DNA from: a virus
Lineage: Duplodnaviria > Caudoviricetes
IMG/VR virus record: IMGVR_UViG_3300012346_000291
Coordinates: 2,339 to 66,338 of that record
Strand: one strand, 5' to 3'
Length of the DNA stretch: 64,000 nucleotides
Shown here: one piece after another, positions 8,434 through 16,489 of the stretch
Layout: each line of letters opens with the position of its first letter
Position numbering within the stretch: position 1 is the stretch's first letter
Program-made: the position numbers and the translations under genes
Notes under the pieces: generated by a model
Databases searched by the model: none
Seen by the model: only the letters and a program-made list of their open reading frames with translations
Told to the model about the DNA's origin: nothing

Positions 8434-8594
8434 AAACACATTTAATAACATCTATTACTTTACTTTTAGTAATTGTATGTATTGGATTAACATATTTATT
8501 TCCAATATTAGGATTAGTAGCATTATGCATTATAACTCTTGCATTAGTTTATTACCTTATATATGAATTTATTGAGAATGATTTTAACTTTTAA
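8430..8594 (+). CDS. Cassette ORF, 54-aa membrane protein
   Basis: Hand-translated MKTHLITSITLLLVIVCIGLTYLFPILGLVALC...; almost entirely hydrophobic. Confidence 0.6.
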   Translation: MKTHLITSITLLLVIVCIGLTYLFPILGLVALCIITLALVYYLIYEFIENDFNF

Positions 8595-8606
8595 ACAACC
8601 CGAACA

Positions 8607-8885
8607 ATGAAACAACAATTGACAGGTGTAGAATACATCAAATTAAAATTATTAGGAGACGAGTATTGGTATGAAAATCTAACCTTTGACAACATCTTTG
8701 AACAAGCAGAAAAAATTGATAAAAGACTAAAACACGAATCAATTGAAAGCCAAGTTGCTATTTTAAAAGATACGCTTGATGAGATGATGACTGGCTTTGA
8801 CTCTGAAGAGGATAGAATGGACTTCATTCTTGACATTTGCAACGGGTATAAAAAACGAATTGAAACTAAACAACAAGAACAATGA
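8607..8885 (+). CDS. Cassette ORF (92 aa), copy 1
   Basis: Identical to 9343-9621; ends KQQEQ. Confidence 0.75.
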   Translation: MKQQLTGVEYIKLKLLGDEYWYENLTFDNIFEQAEKIDKRLKHESIESQVAILKDTLDEMMTGFDSEEDRMDFILDICNGYKKRIETKQQEQ

Positions 8886-9127
8886 AAACAGCAGTAGAAT
8901 GGTTGCAAATGGTGTTAATACCAATCCCATATGACGAAGAAGACCTTGAACACAATAGAAAATGTTGGGAACAAGCCAAAGAAATGGAGAAGGAGCAGAG
9001 AAAGAAGTGTTTTTTTGACGGAAAATTAATGTGTATAAACAATAAGGATATTTCTTTTGAAGATTATGAATTGGGTAATTTCAACAACCCACGAGTACAT
9101 TTTGCAACTAAACAACAAGAACAATGA
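8882..9127 (+). CDS. Cassette ORF, MKTAVEWL family
   Basis: MKTAVEWL...WEQAKEMEKEQ; ends KQQEQ. Confidence 0.75.
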   Translation: MKTAVEWLQMVLIPIPYDEEDLEHNRKCWEQAKEMEKEQRKKCFFDGKLMCINNKDISFEDYELGNFNNPRVHFATKQQEQ

Positions 9128-9330
9128 AAACAAAATTTTTACAAAGTGTAGAGAGATACACAAAAGAACAACAAGGAAAAACCGGATACAAGGCTATTTA
9201 TAGCGATGGTTTAGATTTTCAAACATTATTTTTCCCGATTAGAAATGGAGTAGATGTTATCAACATTCCTTCAATTATTAACTCAGTTCAATTAAAAGCT
9301 GATTTTGAAGCTATTGGTGCAGAATTTTAA
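9124..9330 (+). CDS. Cassette ORF, MKTKFLQ family copy 1
   Basis: Diverged paralog of 9973-10179. Confidence 0.75.
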   Translation: MKTKFLQSVERYTKEQQGKTGYKAIYSDGLDFQTLFFPIRNGVDVINIPSIINSVQLKADFEAIGAEF

Positions 9331-9342
9331 AGAACAAGAACG

Positions 9343-9621
9343 ATGAAACAACAATTGACAGGTGTAGAATACATCAAATTAAAATTATTAGGAGACGAGT
9401 ATTGGTATGAAAATCTAACCTTTGACAACATCTTTGAACAAGCAGAAAAAATTGATAAAAGACTAAAACACGAATCAATTGAAAGCCAAGTTGCTATTTT
9501 AAAAGATACGCTTGATGAGATGATGACTGGCTTTGACTCTGAAGAGGATAGAATGGACTTCATTCTTGACATTTGCAACGGGTATAAAAAACGAATTGAA
9601 ACTAAACAACAAGAACAATGA
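9343..9621 (+). CDS. Cassette ORF (92 aa), copy 2
   Basis: Nucleotide-identical to 8607-8885. Confidence 0.7.
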   Translation: MKQQLTGVEYIKLKLLGDEYWYENLTFDNIFEQAEKIDKRLKHESIESQVAILKDTLDEMMTGFDSEEDRMDFILDICNGYKKRIETKQQEQ

Positions 9622-9824
9622 AAACAGCAGTAGAATGGTTGATGGATGAACACTTTGGAGGTATAGATAATTGTACTCCCGATTTTAAAAACAACATTTT
9701 TCAAGCGATGGATATGGAAGAAAACATAGCAACTGAATATGCCGAGCATCGTATTAAATTTAATAGTCTTGGCACTCCACACTTAAGTTTTGATGAGTGG
9801 AAAAGATGGATTGGCAAACCTTAA
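9618..9824 (+). CDS. Cassette ORF, MKTAVEWL family
   Basis: First 24 nt shared with 8882, then diverges. Confidence 0.7.
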   Translation: MKTAVEWLMDEHFGGIDNCTPDFKNNIFQAMDMEENIATEYAEHRIKFNSLGTPHLSFDEWKRWIGKP

Positions 9825-9834
9825 ATAATAAAAA

Positions 9835-9951
9835 ATGAAAAAGAAAATAGGTGTTTATAATACTTTAATAATTATTCAAACGCGCAATAAAAAAGGAGAT
9901 ATTTTATATAAGGTAAAAGATATTAGTACAACTAAAAAACAAGAACAATAG
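9835..9951 (+). CDS. Cassette ORF (38 aa) ending KKQEQ
   Basis: Hand-translated MKKKIGVYNTLIIIQ...TKKQEQ*. Confidence 0.45.
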   Translation: MKKKIGVYNTLIIIQTRNKKGDILYKVKDISTTKKQEQ

Positions 9952-9972
9952 TAACAATTAAAACAAAATAAA

Positions 9973-10179
9973 ATGAAAACAAAATTTTTACAAAGTGTAG
10001 AGAGATACACAAACGAACAAGAAGGAAAAACAGGTTACAAGGCTATTTATAGCAATGGAATTGATTTTCAAACATTATTCTTCCCAATTAGAAATGGAGT
10101 AGATGTTATTAACATTCCTTCAATTATTAACTCAGCTCAGACAATAGATGATTTGGAAGCTATTGGAGCAGAACTTTAA
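9973..10179 (+). CDS. Cassette ORF, MKTKFLQ family copy 2
   Basis: Paralog of 9124-9330. Confidence 0.75.
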   Translation: MKTKFLQSVERYTNEQEGKTGYKAIYSNGIDFQTLFFPIRNGVDVINIPSIINSAQTIDDLEAIGAEL

Positions 10180-10190
10180 AATAAAATAAA

Positions 10191-10418
10191 ATGAAAGAAG
10201 AAATTGTAAGAGAATCAGGAGTTGACTCATATGTAGTTGACTTTGGAAAGAATGGTCAAGGAATCACTAATGAGTTAGTCCTTATTGGCAAAAGGATACA
10301 AGATTTGAGTGAATATTATAATGTCTATATGAGCAGCGATAGCTTCATTGATGCAGCAGATGATGTTTACACTTTGAAATTTATCTTATCTCCTAAAGAT
10401 GAAAAGCAAGACAATTAA
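10191..10418 (+). CDS. Hypothetical protein
   Basis: 75-aa ORF. Confidence 0.6.
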   Translation: MKEEIVRESGVDSYVVDFGKNGQGITNELVLIGKRIQDLSEYYNVYMSSDSFIDAADDVYTLKFILSPKDEKQDN

Positions 10419-10737
10419 TGTTCCTATTTATGAATGTGGCCTCACAATTATTCTTACTGATGACCTTAATGAAGTTGTAAAAAAATACAAGCTGGAAGGC
10501 GATTGGGATAATTTTGGGGCTTTAACATTTGAGGACAAGTCAAAGCATAGACACTATGTAGTAGCTTTTACTGATGCCAGTCATTTAAGCAATATAGCAC
10601 ACGAGATTGTACATATTAAGAACTATATCTTTCATGGTATCAACGCTAAGATTGACCTATATAATGACGAGCCTGAAGCGTACTTAACAGGATGGCTATT
10701 TGACAAGATTTATGAATTTTTAAATCAAGAACAATGA
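10399..10737 (+). CDS. Small HExxH zincin-like protein, ends NQEQ
   Basis: AHEIVH...DEPEAYL motif. Confidence 0.65.
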   Translation: MKSKTINVPIYECGLTIILTDDLNEVVKKYKLEGDWDNFGALTFEDKSKHRHYVVAFTDASHLSNIAHEIVHIKNYIFHGINAKIDLYNDEPEAYLTGWLFDKIYEFLNQEQ

Positions 10738-10811
10738 ATCAAGAAGACTACTACCGACTCTTACATCTTTTAGCGGGAATTACTATCGGATACCTAATCT
10801 TTATGTTATGA
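10734..10811 (+). CDS. Micro-ORF, 25-aa hydrophobic peptide
   Basis: MNQEDYYRLLHLLAGITIGYLIFML; ATGA-coupled at both ends. Confidence 0.45.
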   Translation: MNQEDYYRLLHLLAGITIGYLIFML

Positions 10812-10915
10812 AAAATAGAAATGACCGCAGAGAAGAGATGGGCGCATACGGAACTATGATACTCATAGGACTGCTAGTCATATACTTAGCAATAATGTTA
10901 ATAACTCGACTATGA
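10808..10915 (+). CDS. Micro-ORF, 35-aa single-TM peptide
   Basis: MKNRNDRREEMGAYGTMILIGLLVIYLAIMLITRL; ATGA-coupled. Confidence 0.5.
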   Translation: MKNRNDRREEMGAYGTMILIGLLVIYLAIMLITRL

Positions 10916-11001
10916 AATATCAACAAAATAATTTGATATATGCGTACATATTCTTAATTTTGATAAATGTTTGTACAGCGTACTGCATATTAAATTCCTA
11001 G
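10912..11001 (+). CDS. Micro-ORF, 29-aa hydrophobic peptide
   Basis: MKYQQNNLIYAYIFLILINVCTAYCILNS. Confidence 0.4.
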   Translation: MKYQQNNLIYAYIFLILINVCTAYCILNS

Positions 11002-11025
11002 TAACCAATTAAATCCAATAACAAT

Positions 11026-11298
11026 ATGAATCAATTAAAATTCAACCACGATGCCGAGAACTTTCACGAAGCTTTAGGTAGCAACGTAGAGGACTTTGCA
11101 ACAGAACTATCAAAGTGTGTACAAGATTTTGGTGATGTAGAAGACATGACGATGAGCAAATTAGCAGAGAGACTACATTAAAAATTATCTTATGAGTATA
11201 TCCTTATTCTTGCAACACGTGAGGTACAAAAAACCATAGAGAAATTCAACGAAAAAATGTTGAAAGATTTATTAACAAAATTAACTAAAGAAGACTAA
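11026..11298 (+). pseudogene. 90-codon frame interrupted by an in-frame TAA
   Basis: TAA at 11179-11181; the frame stays open and protein-like to 11298. Confidence 0.5.
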
Positions 11299-11302
11299 TA
11301 CC

Positions 11303-11605
11303 ATGGAACAAAAAGAAAGAACATTTGCAGACGGATTTATTTTCAAGAGAAGAGAAGACGCACCCGACTTCGTAGTCGGAGCACTATCCGTAAAAGTTGA
11401 CGAGGCCATCGCCTTTATGCGTACACACGAGAAGAACGGATGGGTGAATTTAGACATCAAGTACGGGAGAACGGGCAACGCTTACGTTGAACTGAACACC
11501 TATGAATCAAAAAAGAATGTCGATTCTACACCAACGCAGCAACAACCAAGAGTAAAGGCCGCTCCCGCCCCTCAAGATGATGAGGATGAGGACTTGCCTT
11601 TCTAA
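11303..11605 (+). CDS. SSB-like protein
   Basis: Short core plus acidic tail ending DDEDEDLPF; next to replication genes. Confidence 0.55.
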   Translation: MEQKERTFADGFIFKRREDAPDFVVGALSVKVDEAIAFMRTHEKNGWVNLDIKYGRTGNAYVELNTYESKKNVDSTPTQQQPRVKAAPAPQDDEDEDLPF

Positions 11606-11607
11606 TC

Positions 11608-11624
11608 TGTTGATAGTGAGAGAG
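11608..11624 (+). promoter_or_regulatory. Oriented motif B, copy 4
   Basis: TGTTGATAGTGAGAGAG directly before the terminator. Confidence 0.55.
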
Positions 11625-11627
11625 ATA

Positions 11628-11653
11628 AAGGGGAGTTACCGCTCCCCTTTTTT
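11628..11653 (+). terminator. Rho-independent terminator
   Basis: AAGGGGAG-TTACCG-CTCCCCTT followed by a T run. Confidence 0.8.
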
Positions 11654-11856
11654 GACCTCTAAACTCTGTCGAAATGACGAAATTCGACCTCTCTATACTC
11701 TCTATATATATTATTACTCTCTCTCTTTTTTTATTTATTATAATTTAACTTTAAAATCGACAGAATCGACAGTAATCTAAAAATCAGATAGTTAGCCGAC
11801 AGGAAAACGACAGAAATCCAAAATAATCGACATAAATCAAATAAAATCGACATAAC
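11654..11856. other. Putative replication origin
   Basis: Non-coding; AT-rich tract; six CGACA repeats plus one inverted copy; upstream of the primase-helicase. Confidence 0.55.
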
Positions 11857-14304
11857 ATGATACCTCAAGTAACAATCTTCCAAAATATCAAGGAAACAGC
11901 TACACCATTCTTTAAGGATGTGGATGTTATACTCGAGCGCATCAAGGACGGAAAGTCTAAGGACTTGGTCAAGCGCATCCGTTCAGAGAAACGCAAGCCC
12001 GAGCGAAATGAATTAAAGAAGGGTCTACCCGCTGTATGCTTTAGCGGTAAGTTCAATAAGAGAACTGACGCGAGCCTTATCGAGCACAGCGGTCTTATAT
12101 GCTTGGACTTCGACGGGTACGAGAAACAAAAGGCCTTGCTTCAAGATAAGGAGAACCTATCAAAGAACAAGTACGTGTACTCAGTATTTATTTCCCCATC
12201 AGGAAACGGGCTGAAGGTATTGGTAAAGATTCCCGCTGATGCTGAGAACCACACCAACTACTTTAACAGCCTAGAGAAGTACTTCAACTCCCCGTACTTT
12301 GATAAGACATCAAAGAACATCAGTCGCGTGTGCTATGAGTCTTACGACCCGCAGATACACATTAACACAAACTCATCTCTTTGGGATATCATCGAGGAGC
12401 CTGAGTACACAGAGCGCAACAAGTACATGGACTCGCCAACGATTCCAATTACCGATGAGAACAAGGTAGTTGAGATTCTCATTAAGTGGTGGCAAAAGAA
12501 ATACCCAATGGTTGAGGGTCAAAGAAACCACAACGCGTATATCCTTGCTCGCTCGCTAAATGACTTTGGTGTAAACAAAAGCCTAGCTACCTACGTCCTT
12601 GGTCAGTTCCAAGATTCGGGATTCACCATGACGGAGATAACGAGAACGATTGACTCAGCTTACGCAAACACATCAGACTTTGGTACTAAGTACTACGAGG
12701 ATGAGGAGCGAGTAAATCAAATACGTGCAAAGCTACGACGCGGTGTGCCAAAAAAGGAAGTGCGCTCTCAAATGCAAGATTCCAATTTGAGCAGCGAGGT
12801 AATCGATTCGGTACTCAATAAGGTTGAGGAGGAAAATGCAAAGCAAACATTCTGGACTAAGAACGATAAGGGAATCATCAAGATAATTCACATCCTATTC
12901 AAGCACTTCTTAGAGGATAACGGGTTCTATAAGTATTGCCCCGAGGGCAGTAAGAACTACGTGTTCGTAAAGGTTACCAATAACCTCATCGACCATACCT
13001 CGGAGAAGGAGATAAAGGACTTTGTCTTAGCGCATCTACTTGAGTTGGACGATATGTCCGTCTACAATTACTTTGCGGACAACACGCGCTTCTTTAAGGA
13101 AGAGTTCCTATCAATGCTATCTACCATAGACATCTTCTTCATTGAGGACACCAAGGACACGTCGTATCTTTACTACCGCAATTGCGCTGTTAAGATTACA
13201 AAGACAGAGATTATACCAATTGACTATCTTGACCTTGGCGGCTACGTGTGGAAGGACCACGTCATCGACCGCAACTTCAACATCTGCTCAGTTACCGAGA
13301 TGTGCGACTACAAGTACTTCATTAAGAACATCTGCGGTCAAGATGAGTACAGAGTGCGTTCCATGGAGTCTACCATTGGATTCCTACTACACGGATATAA
13401 GACCCGTGAGTTTTGCCCGGCTGTCATCCTAAATGATGAGGTCATCAGCGATAACCCTGAGGGTGGTACGGGTAAGGGATTGTTCATGAACGCGCTAAGC
13501 CAAATGAAAAAGTTGGTGGTCATCGATGGTAAGTCGTTCACCTTTGAGCGCAGCTTCGCCTATCAGTTGGTGTCTGCCGACACGCAGATACTTTGCTTTG
13601 ATGACGTCAAGAAATACTTTGACTTCGAGCGATTGTTCAGCGTAGTAACCGAGGGGTTGACGCTAGAGAAGAAGAACAAGGATGCTATCAAGATACCATT
13701 CAGCCGTTCACCTAAGATTGCCATTACCACTAACTATGCTATTAAGGGCGCGGGTAACTCGTTTGCTCGTCGTAAGTGGGAGTTGGAACTACATCAGTAC
13801 TACCGCAAATCATTCACCCCGTTGGATGAGTTTGGTAAGTTGATGTTCGAGGATTGGAACGATGAGGATTGGTGTGAGTTTGACAACTACATGGTTGGTT
13901 GCTTGCAGAGCTTCTTGAACACAGGTCTTGTTAAGTCTAAGTTCGTTAACCTCAAGATTCGTCAGCTATCAGCTGAGACTTGTCACGACTTCATTGAGTG
14001 GTGTGGATTGGTTGAGAACATGGGCGATGAGCAGAGATTATTCTCGGGAGTACGATACTACAAGAACGACCTATACTTTGACTTCATTAGCGAGTACCCT
14101 GACTACGGGCCTAAGGCTAAGATGACCATAAGCCGCACACGATTCTACAAGTGGCTTACATCATACGCTATGTTCAAGGAGGGCATTGCGCCAACTGAGG
14201 GTAGAGATGACAAGGCTAGATGGATTATTATTAACAAGAAGCGAGAGGAGCCTACAGAGGAGCCAACACCGCCTGAATTATTTGACGAAGATGAGACTGA
14301 TTAA
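11857..14304 (+). CDS. Primase-helicase (BT4734/VirE-N-like primase domain, PriCT-like region, P-loop helicase)
   Basis: SGLICLDFDG, FISPSGNGLK, EGQRNH; Walker A EGGTGKG; Walker B ILCFDD. Confidence 0.8.
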   Translation: MIPQVTIFQNIKETATPFFKDVDVILERIKDGKSKDLVKRIRSEKRKPERNELKKGLPAVCFSGKFNKRTDASLIEHSGLICLDFDGYEKQKALLQDKENLSKNKYVYSVFISPSGNGLKVLVKIPADAENHTNYFNSLEKYFNSPYFDKTSKNISRVCYESYDPQIHINTNSSLWDIIEEPEYTERNKYMDSPTIPITDENKVVEILIKWWQKKYPMVEGQRNHNAYILARSLNDFGVNKSLATYVLGQFQDSGFTMTEITRTIDSAYANTSDFGTKYYEDEERVNQIRAKLRRGVPKKEVRSQMQDSNLSSEVIDSVLNKVEEENAKQTFWTKNDKGIIKIIHILFKHFLEDNGFYKYCPEGSKNYVFVKVTNNLIDHTSEKEIKDFVLAHLLELDDMSVYNYFADNTRFFKEEFLSMLSTIDIFFIEDTKDTSYLYYRNCAVKITKTEIIPIDYLDLGGYVWKDHVIDRNFNICSVTEMCDYKYFIKNICGQDEYRVRSMESTIGFLLHGYKTREFCPAVILNDEVISDNPEGGTGKGLFMNALSQMKKLVVIDGKSFTFERSFAYQLVSADTQILCFDDVKKYFDFERLFSVVTEGLTLEKKNKDAIKIPFSRSPKIAITTNYAIKGAGNSFARRKWELELHQYYRKSFTPLDEFGKLMFEDWNDEDWCEFDNYMVGCLQSFLNTGLVKSKFVNLKIRQLSAETCHDFIEWCGLVENMGDEQRLFSGVRYYKNDLYFDFISEYPDYGPKAKMTISRTRFYKWLTSYAMFKEGIAPTEGRDDKARWIIINKKREEPTEEPTPPELFDEDETD

Positions 14305-14479
14305 GTTTACAATCATTTGGATTAGTCAAAATCTAGCAATACCATTTTGGACTATTGGACACGTGCACCTTATGACGTCTGTGTACGCAGACATTCAAGA
14401 GGTGCTAATGTCCTTAGGTATGAACATCATTGTATTTGTTGGATTCATTATTAACTATAGAGACGAAATAAAATCATGA
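14291..14479 (+). CDS. Small membrane protein
   Basis: MRLIKFTIIWISQNLAIPFW...; ATG at 14291; two hydrophobic segments. Confidence 0.55.
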   Translation: MRLIKFTIIWISQNLAIPFWTIGHVHLMTSVYADIQEVLMSLGMNIIVFVGFIINYRDEIKS

Positions 14480-14814
14480 ACAAAAAGCAATTAGTACACA
14501 TAGCTATGTTAAACTCATACAATGTGATTACGGGTAAGGTTGATGAGATGATTGTAACCGAGACATCGATACCAATGTTTGCACACGTACCAAACGAGGA
14601 GTTGGGTGAGAAGAACCTAGCAGCAATCATCAAGTACTTTGAGAATATTGAGATGTACGAGCATTGTGAAGAGCTAAAGAATGAGTACGACCTTAGGTTT
14701 GACTCATTAGGCAGACCAAAGGAAAGAGGTTGTGAGTGTGACTACCCTACCATATTAAGGTACAATTGGGAACAAACAAGATGCGGCATATGCAAGAATC
14801 TACTAATGAGATAG
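14476..14814 (+). CDS. Hypothetical protein with C-terminal Cys cluster
   Basis: YFENIEMYEHC; CEC...CGIC. Confidence 0.6.
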   Translation: MNKKQLVHIAMLNSYNVITGKVDEMIVTETSIPMFAHVPNEELGEKNLAAIIKYFENIEMYEHCEELKNEYDLRFDSLGRPKERGCECDYPTILRYNWEQTRCGICKNLLMR

Positions 14815-16244
14815 TGCCGCAATGGAGCGGATACACCGACGCAATGATGCGCCATAGGTGTGAGTTAATGCTCAAGGTTTGTTCAAAGACAAAGGAGGTT
14901 ACTCAAGGTAGAGGTAAACATTCAGTCAAGAAGACTGTGCCATACTACAGAAACATAGAGCCTACGATTGACAAACTTGAGCGCAGTTTAGAACATTATA
15001 AACAGAAATCAAAGATGAGTTTTGAATTTAGAGATTACCAAAAAGACATCATTAAAAGAGCTCACGCAATTTTAGACGATTTCCGATTCGTTTATCTAGC
15101 GATGGAGGTAAGGACAGGTAAGACACTTACAAGTCTCGGTATATGCGAGCTATTGAAGCCTAGTCAGGTTTTATTTGTTACGAAGAAGAAGGCTATATCG
15201 ACCATTCAAAGAGATTATGATTTGTTAGCGCCTGATTACAGCATTACAGTCATCAACTACGAGAGCCTTCATACGCTTGATAAATTTGGATACGACGTCA
15301 TTATCTTGGATGAGGCGCATGGAATGGGGGCCTTTCCTAAGCCAAGCAATAGAGCGAAGATTGTAGCTGAGTTCATAGCCACCAATAGACCATACGTCAT
15401 ACTTCTTTCGGGGACACCAACCCCCGAGTCTTACTCGCAGATGTACCATCAGGTGCACTCGATTCCTAAGAACCCATTTAGAAACTACTCAAGCTTCTAT
15501 AAGTTTGCAGCAGACTACGTAGATGTCAAGGAGAGAATGATTAACAGCTTACGCATCAGAGACTACTCCCATGGTAAGGAATCAATCCTAGAGGTAATGA
15601 AACCCTACACCATCAGCTACACACAGCAGGATGCGGGCTTCACCTCAGAGGTTGAGGAAGAGGTTCTGTACGTTCGCATGAAGCCAAAGACCTACGACCT
15701 CATCAAGAGACTCAAGAAGGACTTGGTCATCGAGGGCAAGAGCGAGTTGATACTTGGAGATACACCCGTCAAGTTAATGCAGAAGGTACATCAGCTGTGC
15801 AGCGGAACGATTAAGTTTGAGAGCGGCAACAGCATGATTGTAGATACTACAAAGGCTGAGTTCATCAAATCGCAATTTGCGACATCAAGAATTGGCATCT
15901 TCTACAAATTCAAGGAGGAGCTCAACGCACTGAAGAGTGTCTTTAAAGACACCATGACCACGGAGTTGGATAAGTTTGACAACGAGGGCTATCAGGTCAT
16001 CGCTCTGCAGATTGTATCGGGGCGTGAAGGGATATCACTTAAGAACGCTGACTACTTGGTGTACTACAACATCGACTTTAGTGCCACGAGCTATTGGCAG
16101 TCGAGAGATAGGATGACCACCAAGGAGCGAGCATTCAACAAGGTATATTGGATATTCGCTGAAGGAGGTATAGAGAAGGAGATATACAAGACCGTAAGTG
16201 CCAAGAAGGACTTCACAGTTAATCACTTTAAAAAGTTAATATGA
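14766..16244 (+). CDS. SF2 (SNF2-like) helicase; start uncertain
   Basis: FRDYQ, MEVRTGKT, ILDEAH, LSGTP, GREGISL, YWQSRDR. Confidence 0.85.
   Translation: MGTNKMRHMQESTNEIVPQWSGYTDAMMRHRCELMLKVCSKTKEVTQGRGKHSVKKTVPYYRNIEPTIDKLERSLEHYKQKSKMSFEFRDYQKDIIKRAHAILDDFRFVYLAMEVRTGKTLTSLGICELLKPSQVLFVTKKKAISTIQRDYDLLAPDYSITVINYESLHTLDKFGYDVIILDEAHGMGAFPKPSNRAKIVAEFIATNRPYVILLSGTPTPESYSQMYHQVHSIPKNPFRNYSSFYKFAADYVDVKERMINSLRIRDYSHGKESILEVMKPYTISYTQQDAGFTSEVEEEVLYVRMKPKTYDLIKRLKKDLVIEGKSELILGDTPVKLMQKVHQLCSGTIKFESGNSMIVDTTKAEFIKSQFATSRIGIFYKFKEELNALKSVFKDTMTTELDKFDNEGYQVIALQIVSGREGISLKNADYLVYYNIDFSATSYWQSRDRMTTKERAFNKVYWIFAEGGIEKEIYKTVSAKKDFTVNHFKKLI
15937..15952. repeat. Dispersed palindrome, copy 6 (GTGTCTTTAAAGACAC; encodes V-F-K-D-T)
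   Basis: Inside the helicase CDS. Confidence 0.9.
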
Positions 16245-16489
16245 CCGAGCAGCAGATACAAGCCAAGAAGATTAAGGAGTTGGAAGCAAGTGGGTATTAC
16301 GTCATCAAGTTGGTTAAGACCAATAAGAATGGAATCCCTGACTTGATTGCTATACCACCTAACTCAAACGTTGAGTTCATTGAGGTAAAGACACCTACGG
16401 GAGTCGTCTCGGAATTACAAAAACACAGACATAAAGAATTATTAAAACACGGAATAGCCGTAGAAATTTTTAGAGGATATGGGAAATAA
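16241..16489 (+). CDS. VRR-NUC nuclease
   Basis: GIPDLIAI...FIEVKTPTG..SELQ. Confidence 0.85.
   Translation: MTEQQIQAKKIKELEASGYYVIKLVKTNKNGIPDLIAIPPNSNVEFIEVKTPTGVVSELQKHRHKELLKHGIAVEIFRGYGK

Larger units (their letters stand above)
8415..10737 (+). repeat. Junction repeat TAAACAACAAGAACAATGAAAACA (4 exact and 4 variant copies)
   Basis: Exact at 8415, 8867, 9109, 9603; variants at 8593, 9329, 9934, 10720; all lie at gene boundaries. Confidence 0.85.

Noticed and set aside
8607-9641. Duplicated gene as a DGR template/variable repeat pair
   Set aside because: The copies are identical with no adenine-specific differences, and there is no reverse transcriptase in the window.
8415-10737. Junction repeats as a CRISPR array
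   Set aside because: Spacers are 150-790 nt, irregular and protein-coding; the repeat is not palindromic and no cas genes are present.
11179-11181. Stop-codon reassignment
   Set aside because: Only one interrupted frame was found; all long genes are intact in the standard code and TAA is their usual terminator.
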